Assembly (NCBI GenBank): GCA_049999805.1
Contig: JBNGIO010003696.1
Span: 1-34,978, forward strand
DNA from: Folioceros fuciformis
Lineage: Eukaryota
DNA length: 34,978 nt
Reading direction: 5' to 3'
Shown here: positions 1 through 12,374 of the stretch, one piece after another
Numbering within the stretch: position 1 is the stretch's first letter
Layout of the letters: the number at the start of each line of letters is the position of its first letter
Notes under the pieces: generated by a model
Database searches by the model: none
Told to the model about the DNA's origin: nothing
The model's input: the letters and a program-made list of their open reading frames with translations, nothing else
Program-made: the position numbers and the translations under genes

Positions 1-2
1 CG

Positions 3-425
3 ACCCCCCGGAGCCGGCGGGCAAGCGCCTTGCCGTCGCCGGCTACCGGGAACTGGCGGACGTCGGTCAGTACCGAGAGGTCTGGATGGGCCGGGTCGTT
101 GGGCTTCGCCATGAGCCCGATGGTCGCCCCCATCGATATCCGGTCGGCGTCTCGTCCCTTTGCTGCCGAGTTCTATGGTCTGAGGCGAGAGTGGGACACC
201 CCTCGCCGATCGTCCGTACAGACGCCTGTGTACGGAGACCTCGGCGACCTCGAGGGACATATCGAGTTCCTGGAGCAGTGGCGCGACCGGGAAATCGTCA
301 CGCCCCGCCATAGCTTCGTGGCGCCCAGTCCTGCCCTCAGTAATTACGAGCGGGGGAGGAAGAGTGCCAAGTCAGATCCGTCGGGCCGTCCGGTCCGCAG
401 CCCAACGCCTACCGGTCGCACGCGG
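3..425 (+). CDS. Putative upstream (N-terminal extension) exon of the ABCB gene; start probably outside the window
   Basis: Frame open from position 3; S/P/R-rich peptide; phase-0 donor CGG|GTAGGT at 425/426 is compatible with the phase-0 acceptor at 794/795. The link crosses an assembly gap, so it is inferred. Confidence 0.45.
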
Positions 426-638
426 GTAGGTGTATATCTGGGAGAGACACGTATCTCTCTCTGCTGGGGAGACGACTTGCGGTTGACTGACGAACGTACG
501 TCTGGCTGTGGACTAGGATTCTGTCGACAGGTTGGGGAGGGCGGTCGGATTGAGATCCCCTGCGAGGCCAGTTGATCCAGAGGAAGGGTTGGGTTTGGCA
601 CAGGACGATGGGCTCAAGTCCAGTGTATGGGACTACAC

Positions 639-738
639 NNNNNNNNNNNNNNNNNNNNNNNNNNNNNNNNNNNNNNNNNNNNNNNNNNNNNNNNNNNNNN
701 NNNNNNNNNNNNNNNNNNNNNNNNNNNNNNNNNNNNNN
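639..738. other. Assembly gap (100 N)
   Basis: Run of N in the sequence. Confidence 0.99.
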
Positions 739-794
739 TGTCACCCACTTTGGATGTGAGGGGGAAAATTTGAAATGCGGGGTTACTGTCGCAG

Positions 795-3700
795 AATTTA
801 CGTCCCTTCGGGCAAGCTGCAAAGGAGCAGCAGCCCGAGGAGAAGTTCGCTGATGTGGAGGAGGGGGAAGAAGAGGGAGAGGGGCCTAAGACAGGGGCCC
901 AGGCAGTAGGATTTTTCGGGTTGTTTGTGTTTGCCGATTTTCTGGACAAAATTCTGATGTTGATTGGGGCCGTGGGTGCGATCGTTAATGGAGGAGCACT
1001 ACCGTGGTATTCTCTCTTGTTTGGGAAGTTGGTCAATACTCTGGGGCGGAATCAGAATGACAGCAGCAAGTTGATGCATGAAGTGCGGCAGGTGGGTAGC
1101 ATGTTTTCGGTACTTGGGAGGGACTGTCGTTTTGAGAATTGAGCAGAGTGATGAATCGAAGCTCTGGCATTTTCGTGTGCAGATATGTTACTACATGATT
1201 GGGCTGTCTGTTATCATATTCGTGGGCTCTTATCTTGGTAAGCTCTGGAACTTCAAACCTGCTGGTTAGGTGTTATGAACAGTTTGTGACTCTTGTCGGT
1301 GATGTTCGGGGTATGCAGAGGTCACTTGTTGGATGCTGGCTGCCGACAGACAGGCCACCCGAATTCGAACAAGATACCTGCGTGCTGTTCTTCGGCAAGA
1401 TGTGGGGTTCTTTGATACTGTGATTTCCACCGGTGAAGTGATGAACAACATTTCTGCTGATGTTGCCATCATTCAAGATGCTATCGGTGAGAAGGTAGTG
1501 ACTGTTCTCTTTTGTCTATAGTCTCGAAGGTGTACGTTTTGGAGGAGGTTGGAGGTCAAAAAAAGAAAAACTTGGTCATTGAGGTATGCCTATTTTGGAC
1601 GACTCTGAAACATGGATGGTGTCTCTGCAGGTGGGCAACTTCATCCATCATCTAGCTACATTTGTGTCGGGGTACACAGTAGGCATCATGAAATCATGGA
1701 AAGTGTCACTTGTGGTGTTTGCGGTGACACCTCTCATGATTATATGTGGCAAGGTACAGCGGAGTGTGTACATTGATCTGGCCTCCAAGGAAGAGGTATC
1801 CTTCCAAGACTTGCTCTAACCTCGTGCATTACTGTCGGGCTGCTAGCTGTCAGTTTACATGGTTGATGGTCTGCTGTACGACTGCAGGAAGCTTACTATG
1901 AAGCTGGGAACCTTGCCGAGCAAGCACTTAGTGCGATCAGAACTGTGTACTCTTTTGTTGCTGAGGATCAGTTTACTGCTCGGTACTCAGATCTGCTTGC
2001 TAAATCTCTTCCGTTTGGGCTCAAAGTAGGGTTCGCTCGTGGCCTTGGTATTGGCATCATCTACCTGGTGATGTATGGAACATGGGCTTTGGCTCTCTGG
2101 TATGGGTCTGTCCTCATACAAAAGGGCGAACTATCAGGAGGAGCTGCCATAGCTTGCTTCTTTGGAGTTATTGTTGGGGGAAAGTAAGTTCTTTGCCAGT
2201 AGCTCTGTCATTAGTGTCGATTGTCTTGTACAGTTTGGTGCCCCTCGTTTCTTATGTGTTTCCTGTTCTGAATGTGTTTCCTGCTCTGACATGATGTGTT
2301 TGTATTCGGGCATGTTACAGGGGCTTGGGACTTGCTGCCCCATATCTTGCAAATTTTGCACAAGGTGGAGTCGCCGCTTTTCGAGTATTTGGGATGATAA
2401 ACAGGGTTCCAGCTATAGATGTAGATTGCCCCGATGGCAAGACCCCTAATAAAGTTCATGGTACCATAGAGTTCCAGAAAGTGGACTTCACGTATCCGGC
2501 TCGGCTGGAGGTTCAGATTTTCAAGAAATTTTCCCTGACAGTCCCTGCGGGCAAGACAGTTGCACTGGTTGGTCCGAGTGGCAGCGGCAAATCAACGGCC
2601 TTCGCACTGCTTGAAAGGTTCTATGACCCTGACAAGGGTAAGCATGCTCATCATGTTGAAAGAATGAAACGGCTAACCTGCTTGTCCATTGAAGTCACAG
2701 ACGGTTTTCGGCCTGCCTTCCCCATTTAAGTTCTTATGACCTTGAACAATCACGCACTTCTGACACCGTTCACCTCACAATTCCTTAGCGTTGGATGTCA
2801 TACTGCAGGTGCGGTCCTCCTGGATCATGTGGATATTCGTGAGCTCCAACTTCGATGGTTAAGGAAACAGATCGGGCTAGTAGGGCAAGAGCCCGTCTTA
2901 TATGCCACCACAATAGGGGACAACATCTCATATGGGAAGGAAGGAGCGTCCATGAAGGAAATCATCAAAGCTGCCCAAGCAGCAAACGCTGATTCATTCA
3001 TTCAGCTGTTGACTGATAAGTATGAGACTCAGGTGCAGCAGCAGACTTTCTTGCCTTTGCTGTGGTTGTCAATGACTCCATTTGTGTCATGTCTTGGTCT
3101 CATTTTTTTGGTGTTTCAGTTGTGCTAATGTGGGTGCTCCTTCATGGGGATCTTCAGGTTGGTGAAAGAGGTGTACAACTGTCAGGTGGTCAAAAGCAGC
3201 GGATTGCAATCGCCCGGGCAGTCCTCAAGGATCCAAAAATTTTGCTTCTTGATGAAGCAACAAGTGCTTTGGACACGGAATCTGAGCATATTGTTCAAGA
3301 AGCTCTGGACCGTATGATGGTGAAGCGAACCACAATGGTGATAGCTCATCGACTTTCCACAATCCGTCATGTGGACTTGATCGCGGTAGTCAGTAATGGA
3401 GAGGTCGTAGAACTGGGAAAGCACGAGCAGCTGATAGCCAGGGGTGGTGTTTATTCTGGCTTGGTTACCATGGCAAATGCGAACACAGATAAGGGTGCAC
3501 TGCCTGGGAAAGCAAGAAACAGTGGAGGAGGCAAGACACCTATGATGACCCCGTACCAGGCTATGACTCCGGCAAAGGCTTCTGAAGTCGAATCAGTCGT
3601 TGGGGTTGAAAAGGTAAGGGATGAGTAGAGTGTGCAGTGTCTGTATTTATCGTACTGCTATGTCTGGACGTTTTCCCCCTTTGCTGATGGAGTGTCCTCC

Positions 3701-5659
3701 AACGCAGGAGCAGGCACCTGAGAAGCCAGATGTCAAACTGAGTGACATCCTTGCTTTGAGTAGAACAGAGATCCCACTTCTGATCCTTGGGTTCTTCAAT
3801 GGCATCAATGCAGGGATCATCTTTCCGTTCTTTGCTTTTATCATGGGCCAAGTGGTGTTCGTATATTTCAACGACGATCATGCAAAGATGCGTAGGCAGG
3901 TCAATCTTTGGGCTTGTGTGTACATCGGCTTGGGGATACTTGCTATCATCTCCATGACTGGCCAGCATGGCTTCTCGAACTGGGCTGGAATCAGGTTGAC
4001 CCGGAGATTGCGAGAAAAACTTTTCGAAACATTGTTGCGGCAGGAAGTAGGGTGGTTCGACAGGGATGAGAATACATCTGGAGCTCTTCTGTCTCGCTTA
4101 TCTGCGGACTCCGCCTATGTACGAGGGCTACTTGGTGACCGTTTCTCAATTCTGTTCATGGGAGTGGCAGCTATAGGTGTGGGATTGATCATCTGTGGCA
4201 TTCTGAATTTGAAGATGACTCTGGTTGCAATCGCTGTGACTCCTATTTTTCTTGGAGCAAACTATATGCAAATAATATTGAACATGGGTGTTGGAGGCCA
4301 AGACGATGTTTATGCCAGAGCAGGAAGCATTGCTGCTGAGGCAATCGGAAGTATCCGAACTGTAGCTTCCTTCGCTTCTGAGGATAAGGTGGTGACCTTG
4401 TTCAACCAGGCTTTGTCGCTGCCTTTGCAGGAGTCCTTCAAAAGCGCCCAGACAGCTGGGGCCGCTCTAGGAGCGTCACAGGCATTGATGTATGGAGGCT
4501 ATACCGTGACCTTGTGGTATGGGTCCACCCTGGTTCAAAAAGGAGAAACGAATTTTGGAGTTGTGCTGAAGATCTTTTTGATCCTGATCCTGAGTTCATT
4601 CTCTGTGGGTCAAATCGCGCAAATGGCTCCAGACTCTTCCAAGAGTATTGCAGCAGCTCAGTCTGTGTTCGCGATTCTGAAACGAAAACCGAAGATTGAT
4701 GTATTCGATGCGAAGGTACGCTTGGTATTCTGTTCATTGACATGTTTTTCTTTGTTCAACTGCTGGTTGTGATCGCCATGACATGCACCTGAGTGCTGTT
4801 CTCATCCGTGACAGGCAAACCGTCTGGAAAAGGTAAATGGGACGATCGAGTTCCAAAAAGTTTTCTTTTCCTACCCAGCTCGACCCCACATCCCTGTCTT
4901 CCAACAATTCAACCTCAAGATTCCCTCTGGCTACACTGTTGCTCTGGTGGGTAGCAGTGGTAGTGGCAAGTCCACAGTCATCTCGCTCATTCAGCGATTT
5001 TACGACCCAGATTCGGGCAAGGTCTTGCTGGATGGCACCGATATTAAGCTTCTCAAGGTCAAATGGCTCAGACAGCAGACTGCTCTTGTGGGCCAAGAGC
5101 CGGTGTTGTTCGCTGGTACGATTCGGGAAAACATTTTGCACGGAAAGCAGGATGCAACTACTCAGGAGGTAGAGCAGGCAGCGCGCACAGCCAACGTACA
5201 CAGTTTCATCTGCTCTCTAGCAGATGGATACGACACACAGGTAGGTCTCCAAGCAAGCAGAATCCTAGCACGTCATCTTGGTTGGCAAGGTTGCTGATTG
5301 ACCATGGTCTCTCTAATGTACAGGTTGGGGAACGAGGAGTTCAGCTGTCAGGAGGCCAGAAACAGAGAATTGCCATTGCCAGAGCAGTCCTTAAGGATCC
5401 AAAGATCCTGTTGCTTGATGAGGCCACAAGCGCATTGGACACCGAGTCGGAGCACAAAGTCCAAGTAGCATTAGAGAAAATTTCTCGTGGTAAAACCACT
5501 GTGATAGTCGCCCACAGGCTGTCAACTGTTAGAAACGCCGACAAGATAGCTGTCGTCCGCAAAGGTGAGGTGGTAGAAGTTGGATCACACGAGAGGCTGA
5601 TGGAGGACCCTGACGGAGTCTACTATCGCCTGGTTTCACTACAGCTGAACTCGCAATAA
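795..5659 (+). CDS. Full-size ABC transporter subfamily B (MDR/P-glycoprotein), TMD-NBD-TMD-NBD, multi-exon, 5' end uncertain
   Basis: Approximate exons 795-1091, 1183-1237, 1319-1494, 1631-1795, 1888-2183, 2321-2637, 2809-3032, 3158-3612, 3708-4714, 4815-5240, 5324-5659, all GT-AG. Walker [10 protein letters not shown] and GSSGSGKST, two [14 protein letters not shown] signatures, [12 protein letters not shown]alker [15 protein letters not shown] and [11 protein letters not shown] motifs. Confidence 0.95.
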
Positions 5660-7157
5660 CCCACATCCATTCTGTCTCTCTCCTGGACGGCAGGTCCAGG
5701 AACTGAAATTCACGTCTGTTGCGCAACCTTTGTCCCATTTGACCTGGTAGGGTAGCATTCCAGCCTCTTGCGAAGCAGGACGAGTGTCAGAGATCTTAAC
5801 ACGCGCGGCAGATTGACACTTCGTCCGATCAAGTCCCGCCAAGCACTGATCCAGGAAGTAGTACACCCACACTTCTCTCGTGTCTTCAGTGGCTTTCCTC
5901 GTCCCTGGGAGCGACAAGCGGATATGTTGTCTTCAGAGCCGATTGGAAGCGCCCCAAGAGGGGCAAATTTGCAAGTTAGTATTGATTGGATGCCCCGAGG
6001 AGCAAGCCCAAAAATGTGCGGAAGTCCGGCCTAAGTAGGGCCGACATGTCTCCGCTAACAGATGTGTTCGATTGGTTCGGGTGCCAGCACGACTATCCTC
6101 CCAAAACGGTCATTGGGCAGTCGACTTCACCTCCCAATAAGGACAACGCAGGTATGAAAGGTCATGCAATATATTCCCCCCAGTGGTTGCGCAGGTTTTA
6201 GGAGCAATATGGGTTAAATGAGGTCCAATCCGAGACTACTCTGATTCAGTACATCTTACATATCTGGGGAATCGCTCTAGCCTAGTTTCAGTGTAGCACA
6301 CAAGATATATACTAGCGAAGTGGCTATGTGAATGTTTACCTGTATGCAAAGTTAGAGTAAACTTACCTTGTCATTCCTCCGTGGACCAAGGAGAGAATTT
6401 ATTCACTATCATATCACAATTCTATATAGAATCTATGATTCCTCATTCATTGAAAGCAAATGGTGGCATCAAATTCAAAATAAGATGCTTGTTGGCTTTG
6501 ATCAATCTATGATTCTTAGCGAATAGGAGATAAAATAACTCCTCTAATTACTTCATACTAGGAATTTTGGAGATAACATTTGTGGAGGTAATCTTGGAGT
6601 GTGACATTAGGATCTTGCAAGGCAAGATGTATCTCTTCCTATCTTATTTGGAGGAATAAGCTTGCTGGCAACAAAGATGTTGGCACGGTGGTATTTCTTG
6701 GGAGGTAGGGCCTTTGACTTCGGTCGTGGCTTACTATTTTCCTCATTTGGGATTCTTGCAATTGAAATCTTTCGACAGGGTGCCATCCCTTTGTAGGTGT
6801 CTCTGAGATTAGATAGAGACTCTCTTTCTTTTGTAGATGGGGTTGCTATGCCTCAATTCTCATCTCTTCCCACAATAGGGATTCAAGGGTTCTAAGTTTC
6901 TCTTCTTTAGAAAAAAAATACAAGTAGATGCAACTCAATCTTCTTCAAGATTTTTCTACAACTCTGTTCTTGCTTGGGAAAGGGAATTGTGCCCCTTCTC
7001 GAGTTGAGAGTCAGAAACGTGTGACATGTTTTTGGCTTTGGCTCAACCCAAAATTTAAGCTTTCTAAATCATACTAGCCACATTCTTTACTACAATGAGG
7101 GTTTTGCCTTGGTTTGGTCGAATCTTTGGCCTGCTTTCTCTCCTCTTGCAGCTATAA

Positions 7158-7307
7158 GGTGTCACTTGACAACTTTGGTATTCATCTTGCTTGTTACCCA
7201 ATTGGCGGACAACAAATTGCTACACACAACATGGTGTCACTTGACAACTTTGGTATTCATCTTGCTTGTTACCCAATTGGCGGACAACAAATCGCTACAC
7301 ACAACAT
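7158..7307. repeat. Tandem duplication, 2 x 75 bp
   Basis: GGTGTCACTTGACAACTTTGG...CTACACACAACAT at 7158-7232 and 7233-7307, one mismatch seen. Confidence 0.95.
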
Positions 7308-7405
7308 TGTGCCGTGTGTCATGTTTTCATAGGCCAAGAAGTCTAGTTTTCTATCCTTTCAGGGAGCACCCTTACACTTTAATCAACAAAATATCTCGTC
7401 GGGAT

Positions 7406-7672
7406 GATCTTTTCCTCTTTAAAGGATGATAGGTTTCTTTTGTTGACGTGGTTGTAATTGATCTTTTCCTCTTTAAAGGATGATAGGTTTCTTTTGTTGA
7501 TGTGGTTGTAATGGACCTCACATAGGTCTCTGTTGACGTGGTTGTAATGGACCTCACATAGGTCTCAATGTGCAAGCATGTGCAAGGCATTTTCCAAGTT
7601 TTTGAAGTCTTGCTCACATAGGTCTCAGTGTGCGAGCATGTGCAAGGCATTTTCCAAGTTTTTGAAGTCTTG
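7406..7672. repeat. Interlocked tandem repeats (54 bp x2, 36-bp period, 60 bp x2)
   Basis: GATCTTTTCCTCTTTAAAGGATGATAGG at 7406 and 7460; GGACCTCACATAGGTCTC recurs 36 bp apart; CTCACATAGGTCTC...GAAGTCTTG at 7553 and 7613. Confidence 0.9.
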
Positions 7673-7767
7673 CACCAAGTCAGTTTATAATAGGATAAAT
7701 AGTCTTGGACTTCCTCCATTGTAAAGCATTCTTTCAGCATAGAGCTTCCATTACTCTACATTGGGCA

Positions 7768-7902
7768 TTGACTAATACCATATATAAGATGACCATAATG
7801 TTAGTAGAAACATTGGATAATACAATATATAAAATGACAACAATACTAGGAGAGTTTTTGGATAATGCAATAGACAAGATGGCAACAATGTTAGGAGAGA
7901 GC
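7768..7902. repeat. Degenerate 45-bp tandem repeat x3
   Basis: Plus-strand translation LTNTIYKMTIMLVET / LDNTIYKMTTILGEF / LDNAIDKMATMLGES. Confidence 0.85.
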
Positions 7903-8091
7903 GACTCTACATGGTTGAGATATACATCTCAACCTCCATCAATCACATTATAAAATACATCAACGTGCCACCAGATTGCCACTTCCTTGTAAGATACAAG
8001 ATCAAAACTTTACACATCCTGGAACTCGTTTGCCATCCCGGATATAGTGGAGTGGGTTAGTATCGGAATACAGGGAATTGCCTACAATCCC

Positions 8092-11000
8092 TCAACGGAT
8101 AGTAGCGACCTGAACTGAATGATCCGCCGACCCTGTTGCATAGACTGCTTGTATGGGATGCCAGTCGACAGAGGTGATTGCACCTGTCTGTTCGACTGTC
8201 TTTTGAGCTTTCAAGCGTCTACCCAACTGCAGGAAGGCAGCAGACAAGTCAGACGAGCACCTGATATGTCTGTTGATCACTGCAGCAAAGCAAGAAGACG
8301 GGAATCTGAGAATGAAGCTGCGACATCACTTACTGAGTACATTGACGCATAATTCTGGCTGGACGTCACAAGTACCCTTTTCCCCAACGCGTCCAATGCA
8401 AATTCATGTCGTGGCACGGTTGAAGTCTTTAAGGACGTTACGCTGCTGTTCACGAGGGCATCCTGCTATCAGATGATGTGTCCGAGATCTTTGGCAACCA
8501 GATCTTATCAGAGGAACGTACCTGCTAGTATCAATAGCTTGCAATATCTGGCCCTGATTGTGGATACTCCATTCCACAAGCTGCGACACAGGAGAAGGAG
8601 ATCTCGCTTCAGGAAACCACTTTGCAGTGCGTCCTGCAATTAGTGAAATCAAGACGGCGTGGGTACCTTGCCATCCGAGCTAAGGCTCCAAATGCTGGCC
8701 TGGTCATGGCCGAATCTGACACAGCTGACAGGACAGGAGTCATTGACTGGCCACCCTGTTATGGGTTGGAATCCATTCATGTCTATTTCTTTGGTTAAGG
8801 ATACCGGTTCTCCAGAAGATAGTCTGCACGGCCCAACTCACAAAGTAACTAAAAACACAGAGTCAAGGATACCAAAGAGGCGGATCATGCCGTCAGTTGC
8901 ACCCGCTGCCACAATTTTCCCGTTGTGGTTGAAGCAAACTGATGTAACTGCAGGCGGGTCCTGGCCAAGAGGCAATAAGTTCTGCAGGAACCAAGCAGGA
9001 AATCTGAGACCTAGCATCTGAAAGACATCGACACGGAATCCAGTTCTGTAAGAAAGGTAGTAGAACAGGCGGGTGCCATACAACAGGTTTCCAAAGCCTC
9101 ATATTCCACACAGTGAGCGAGCCAAAGCCCATTGCTTCAATACCATCACCGTGATGCCTGGCAGCACAGCATTGTTGATAAGTCGACAGGCTAACATACT
9201 CTGGAACAGAGGAAGAGTTTCCATGAGCGCAACCGGTAATCAAGATCGCACATACCCCTCAGATGCACCAGCAGATACAAAAATCGGGTCTGTCGGGCTG
9301 CACTTCAAATCCAACACCCTGCAGATTTGGATGCAGACAGTGCGATCAGTCTTAGCGTGTTGCACAAGCAGACAATATCTACTGGCAGAACCATGCTGTA
9401 AGGTAGCGGCTAAGCAACCTTGGAAAGTCGGCGTTACTGAGAAGGTTGCACACAACTCGTTTGCCCTCCACGTTCCACACCTTGATGCCACCCACAGAGG
9501 TGCCTAGCAGCAGCTGCAACGCAATAAGAATATTAATGGTAGTCGCAAAAGGTGGCTGCCAACCTCTGGTATGTACAAGCTGCGAACCGCATGAAAACAC
9601 ACTAGGCACCAACTATGTGGCGAGGGCCTTACCAGGCGGTCAGACTTAAACTCCCATTCCAAGGACAGAACTTCTGAACCACAGTAGATGGTCGCATTCC
9701 GTGAGCTTGACCCGTGCAAGGTGTCAGGAGCCCATATCCTGCATGATTTTTGAACCGATATTTAGCACTTCAAGTGTTCTTCAAATGCTGGAACTGTTAG
9801 GAACACAACCGCTTTACCTGACTGTGCCATCAACTGAGGCACTTGCAATGTTAGCTCCACTAGCTGAAAACCGGCACCTCGTGATGGCGCTTGTATGACC
9901 AGCATAGAGTTCCTGAACCAAAGACCTTACTACCTATCAGGCGTATGGCACATTACTGTGATGTGAGGCAAGCACATGACACCTTCTCCAACTTATTTTA
10001 GAACAAAGAACGCTAGAGACTAAAAGGGCATTCCTTAGGATGCTCACCAGCCCACCTGAGACTCAATGTGAACTTCAGGCACTGTTTCCTCCTCTGACAA
10101 ACTACTCGCGCTGTAATCAGAAACAACTCCACCTGAGGACAGTGGAAGGTGAGCAACTTAGGCAGCCATGAAACCCACCCCACCGAGCTGCAGCACTGCA
10201 TGAAGGTCTCAACCATCTGGACACATTGGCATAGAGCACACTAGAGTGACAGAGGAAGGACCTGAAGAAATCCCCATGAGATCGCTTGCTTCTTTGTCAA
10301 AAAGCTCGGTTTGCCAGGGCACCAGAGCTAGTTCATCCTTGAAGGTTAGCTGTTCATCTTCAGAGGACTCATATTGTGTCCCAGAATAAGGTTTGGAAGC
10401 CAACACGAGCTGTTGACTTGTGCTGCTTGCAGAAGTCGTGAGCGAGCCCCTGGCTCTAGTATAATCAGAAAGACTCTTTCCACTAGATAGGCGCTGAAAA
10501 TTTAACTGATCCCGGATTGAGCTTGAAGAAGGCCTGAACACACATCAGATACGTAACGCAACTGGAATTGACTCTGTTAAGCAGCTGGGATTATAACCCA
10601 GATGCACTTCAGCATTCAGCCACGTTTAAGGAACTCTAGTCATGCGTGAAACCTGTCTATTCATGATGCCGAAAGGACAGACCTCCTTGAGGATGACGCT
10701 GCTTCCAGATCTCTTTCCAGCTGAAGACATCTCTCCTGCAACTGCCCTAATTCTTGCTTCATGGCCCTAACCTTCACTCTCTCTCCGTGAAACCTCAGCA
10801 GTGAGGGCAGATGTGTCACGGTGATAAGTTAAGTACACGACAGCTTGTAAACATGCACCATGGTCCTAGTCCTGAACTTAGGAAGTAAAAACAGGAAATC
10901 AAGCATGTCACAAGGATATGAATGCCGTCAAAGACTTCAGAAAGAAAGTTGCGAAATGATACCATCAAGGTATCCAGCCACTCCTTGGTGAAATAAACAT

Positions 11001-11522
11001 GGAAACGGGCATCCACACTGGGATTCTTCATATAAGGGATAGCTGCAGAATCACAGTAAGACCAGGCTCAATATCAGTACCACCGCAGTTGAATGCCACA
11101 TCTCCCTCCAGAACCAAGAAGTCCCTCTCACCGAACCAGCCGCCCCAGTCATCTCCACTCTGGAGCAACAGATCCCCGTACTTCTCGAAAAAGTCTATGA
11201 CTCTGTCAGCTCGACCTTTCTGTACCGCATGCACGATGTAGTAGCGGTTCAGGGACGATTCAAGCTTCCTCAGAGTCCCCTGGAAGTGCGTCTCTACCCT
11301 GGGTAGGAGAGACTGCTTCAAGGATACCATCAAACTCCTCAACTTGTCTGCCTCGAATTTCGGCACATAGACAAAGAACAGCAACTCCACAACCTTGTCA
11401 ACCTGAAACCCGTGAGAAGAATCTGCAAGCAGCTCTTCCTCAAATGACCGCAGAGTGCTTGAGAAGCCCCGATAGAGCAAAAACTCCTTCACCAAAGTCT
11501 CTCCATACTGCATGCTCTCCAT
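8092..11522 (-). CDS. WDR91: WD repeat-containing protein 91 homolog (endosomal WD40 protein), multi-exon
   Basis: N-terminus MESMQYGETLVKEFLLYRGFSSTL...GFQVDKVVELL typical of WDR91; C-terminal WD40 repeats (AITRCRFSASGANIASASVDGTVR, VLSLEWE, VCFNHNGKIVAAGATDGMIRLF, ITSVDWHP...TGSADHSVQV). Frame joins require two U12-type introns. Confidence 0.88.
8783..8872 (-). other. U12-type GT-AG intron in WDR91
   Basis: Donor GTATCCTTG, branch TCCTTAAC (8794-8801) 11 nt before the AG end; join reads MIRLF-D-MNGFQPITGWP. Confidence 0.88.
10813..10919 (-). other. U12-type AT-AC intron in WDR91
   Basis: Donor ATATCCTTG, branch-like TACTTAAC (10828-10835), terminal AC; join reads SEVFDGI-H-LPSLLRFHGER in frame. 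Confidence 0.85.
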
Positions 11523-12374
11523 GACGGACCTAATCCCCCTTCCAAATTCAGCTGCAATCACCAGGGGCTCACAATTCAGAGCACCTGAATACACCTCGCC
11601 TCACACCCATCCCATTCTTAGAGCTCTCTCCACCGCCTTCCCTACAACCCAGCAACCAGAACCGTCCTCTCTCACAAGCTCCCCTTCGAATGCCTCAGCA
11701 GCTCCGATCCGCAAGTGCTTGCCAGCCACAGCCTCCAGCACCATGAGCCGCAACCACCTGTCCTGAGAGAGAACCCCGTCCCCAGAGGCAGCGGCAATTT
11801 GTCCCACCCACTCCATCATTCATGTGGCTGCTGACTGAAACCATCGGTGGGCTCCCTCCGCGAGAAATGCTGCAATTTGCAGGACCCGAGCCTGCTGAGG
11901 CGGGAGTGTGCAGGCCGACAAGATTCGGACGCAGCGGATGCGCAGCCAGTTTCCCAGTTTGGAGCGTGACTTGAGATGATGGACATCTCCGTGAGTCCTG
12001 GACGTTGCTATCTACTGTTCAGGTGGTCTCCTTTCTTTAAAAAGCAAAGCATTCTGGTCCCCAGGAAGCCTCAGAGAGAGAACAAAATCGTGTCGCAGAG
12101 TCCACCAGGTACAGTAGGAGGAGGGAGATTCGTGCGTGCGTAAGGTGATGAGGCTGCTGCAATTCCAATCCACACACATTTGCTCTGTGCAATCGTCGTT
12201 CCCTGTCTATCCACCGCCTCTGCCTGTGCCTGTGCCGCAGCAAGAGCCTGGCGTCACACCGTACACCCAACGGACGTGTGGGGGACTGGCATCCATCCAC
12301 TGTATGGACGGTTCTTTTTTTTCACCAGGCTTGGCCTTTTACCCCTGGACATAGCCCGAGCAAAGAGGGCAGCC

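Larger units (their letters stand above)
6200..8000. mobile_element. AT-rich intergenic block with nested tandem repeats; possible degraded transposon remnant
   Basis: Lower GC than the flanks, several tandem duplications, no spliced gene model. No recognisable transposase, RT or integrase motif, so identity is inferred and boundaries are approximate. Confidence 0.35.

Noticed and set aside
1796..1887. ABCB intron with U12-like donor GTATCCTTC
   Set aside because: No CCTTRAC-like branch near the acceptor, which is an ordinary CTGCAG; most likely U2, although formal scoring would be needed to settle it.
5940..6050. Short GC-rich hairpins and repeats (GCCCCAAGAGGGGC, CGGCCTAAGTAGGGCCG)
   Set aside because: Too short to distinguish from chance; no terminal inverted repeat or target-site duplication to define a MITE or ncRNA.
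6597..7026. GTGTGACA motifs (ending about 6606 and 7026) as LTR termini
   Set aside because: No paired LTRs, primer-binding site, polypurine tract or target-site duplication found.
7158..7902. Repeat cluster as a CRISPR array
   Set aside because: Units are directly adjacent with no unique spacers, there are no cas genes, and the context is eukaryotic.
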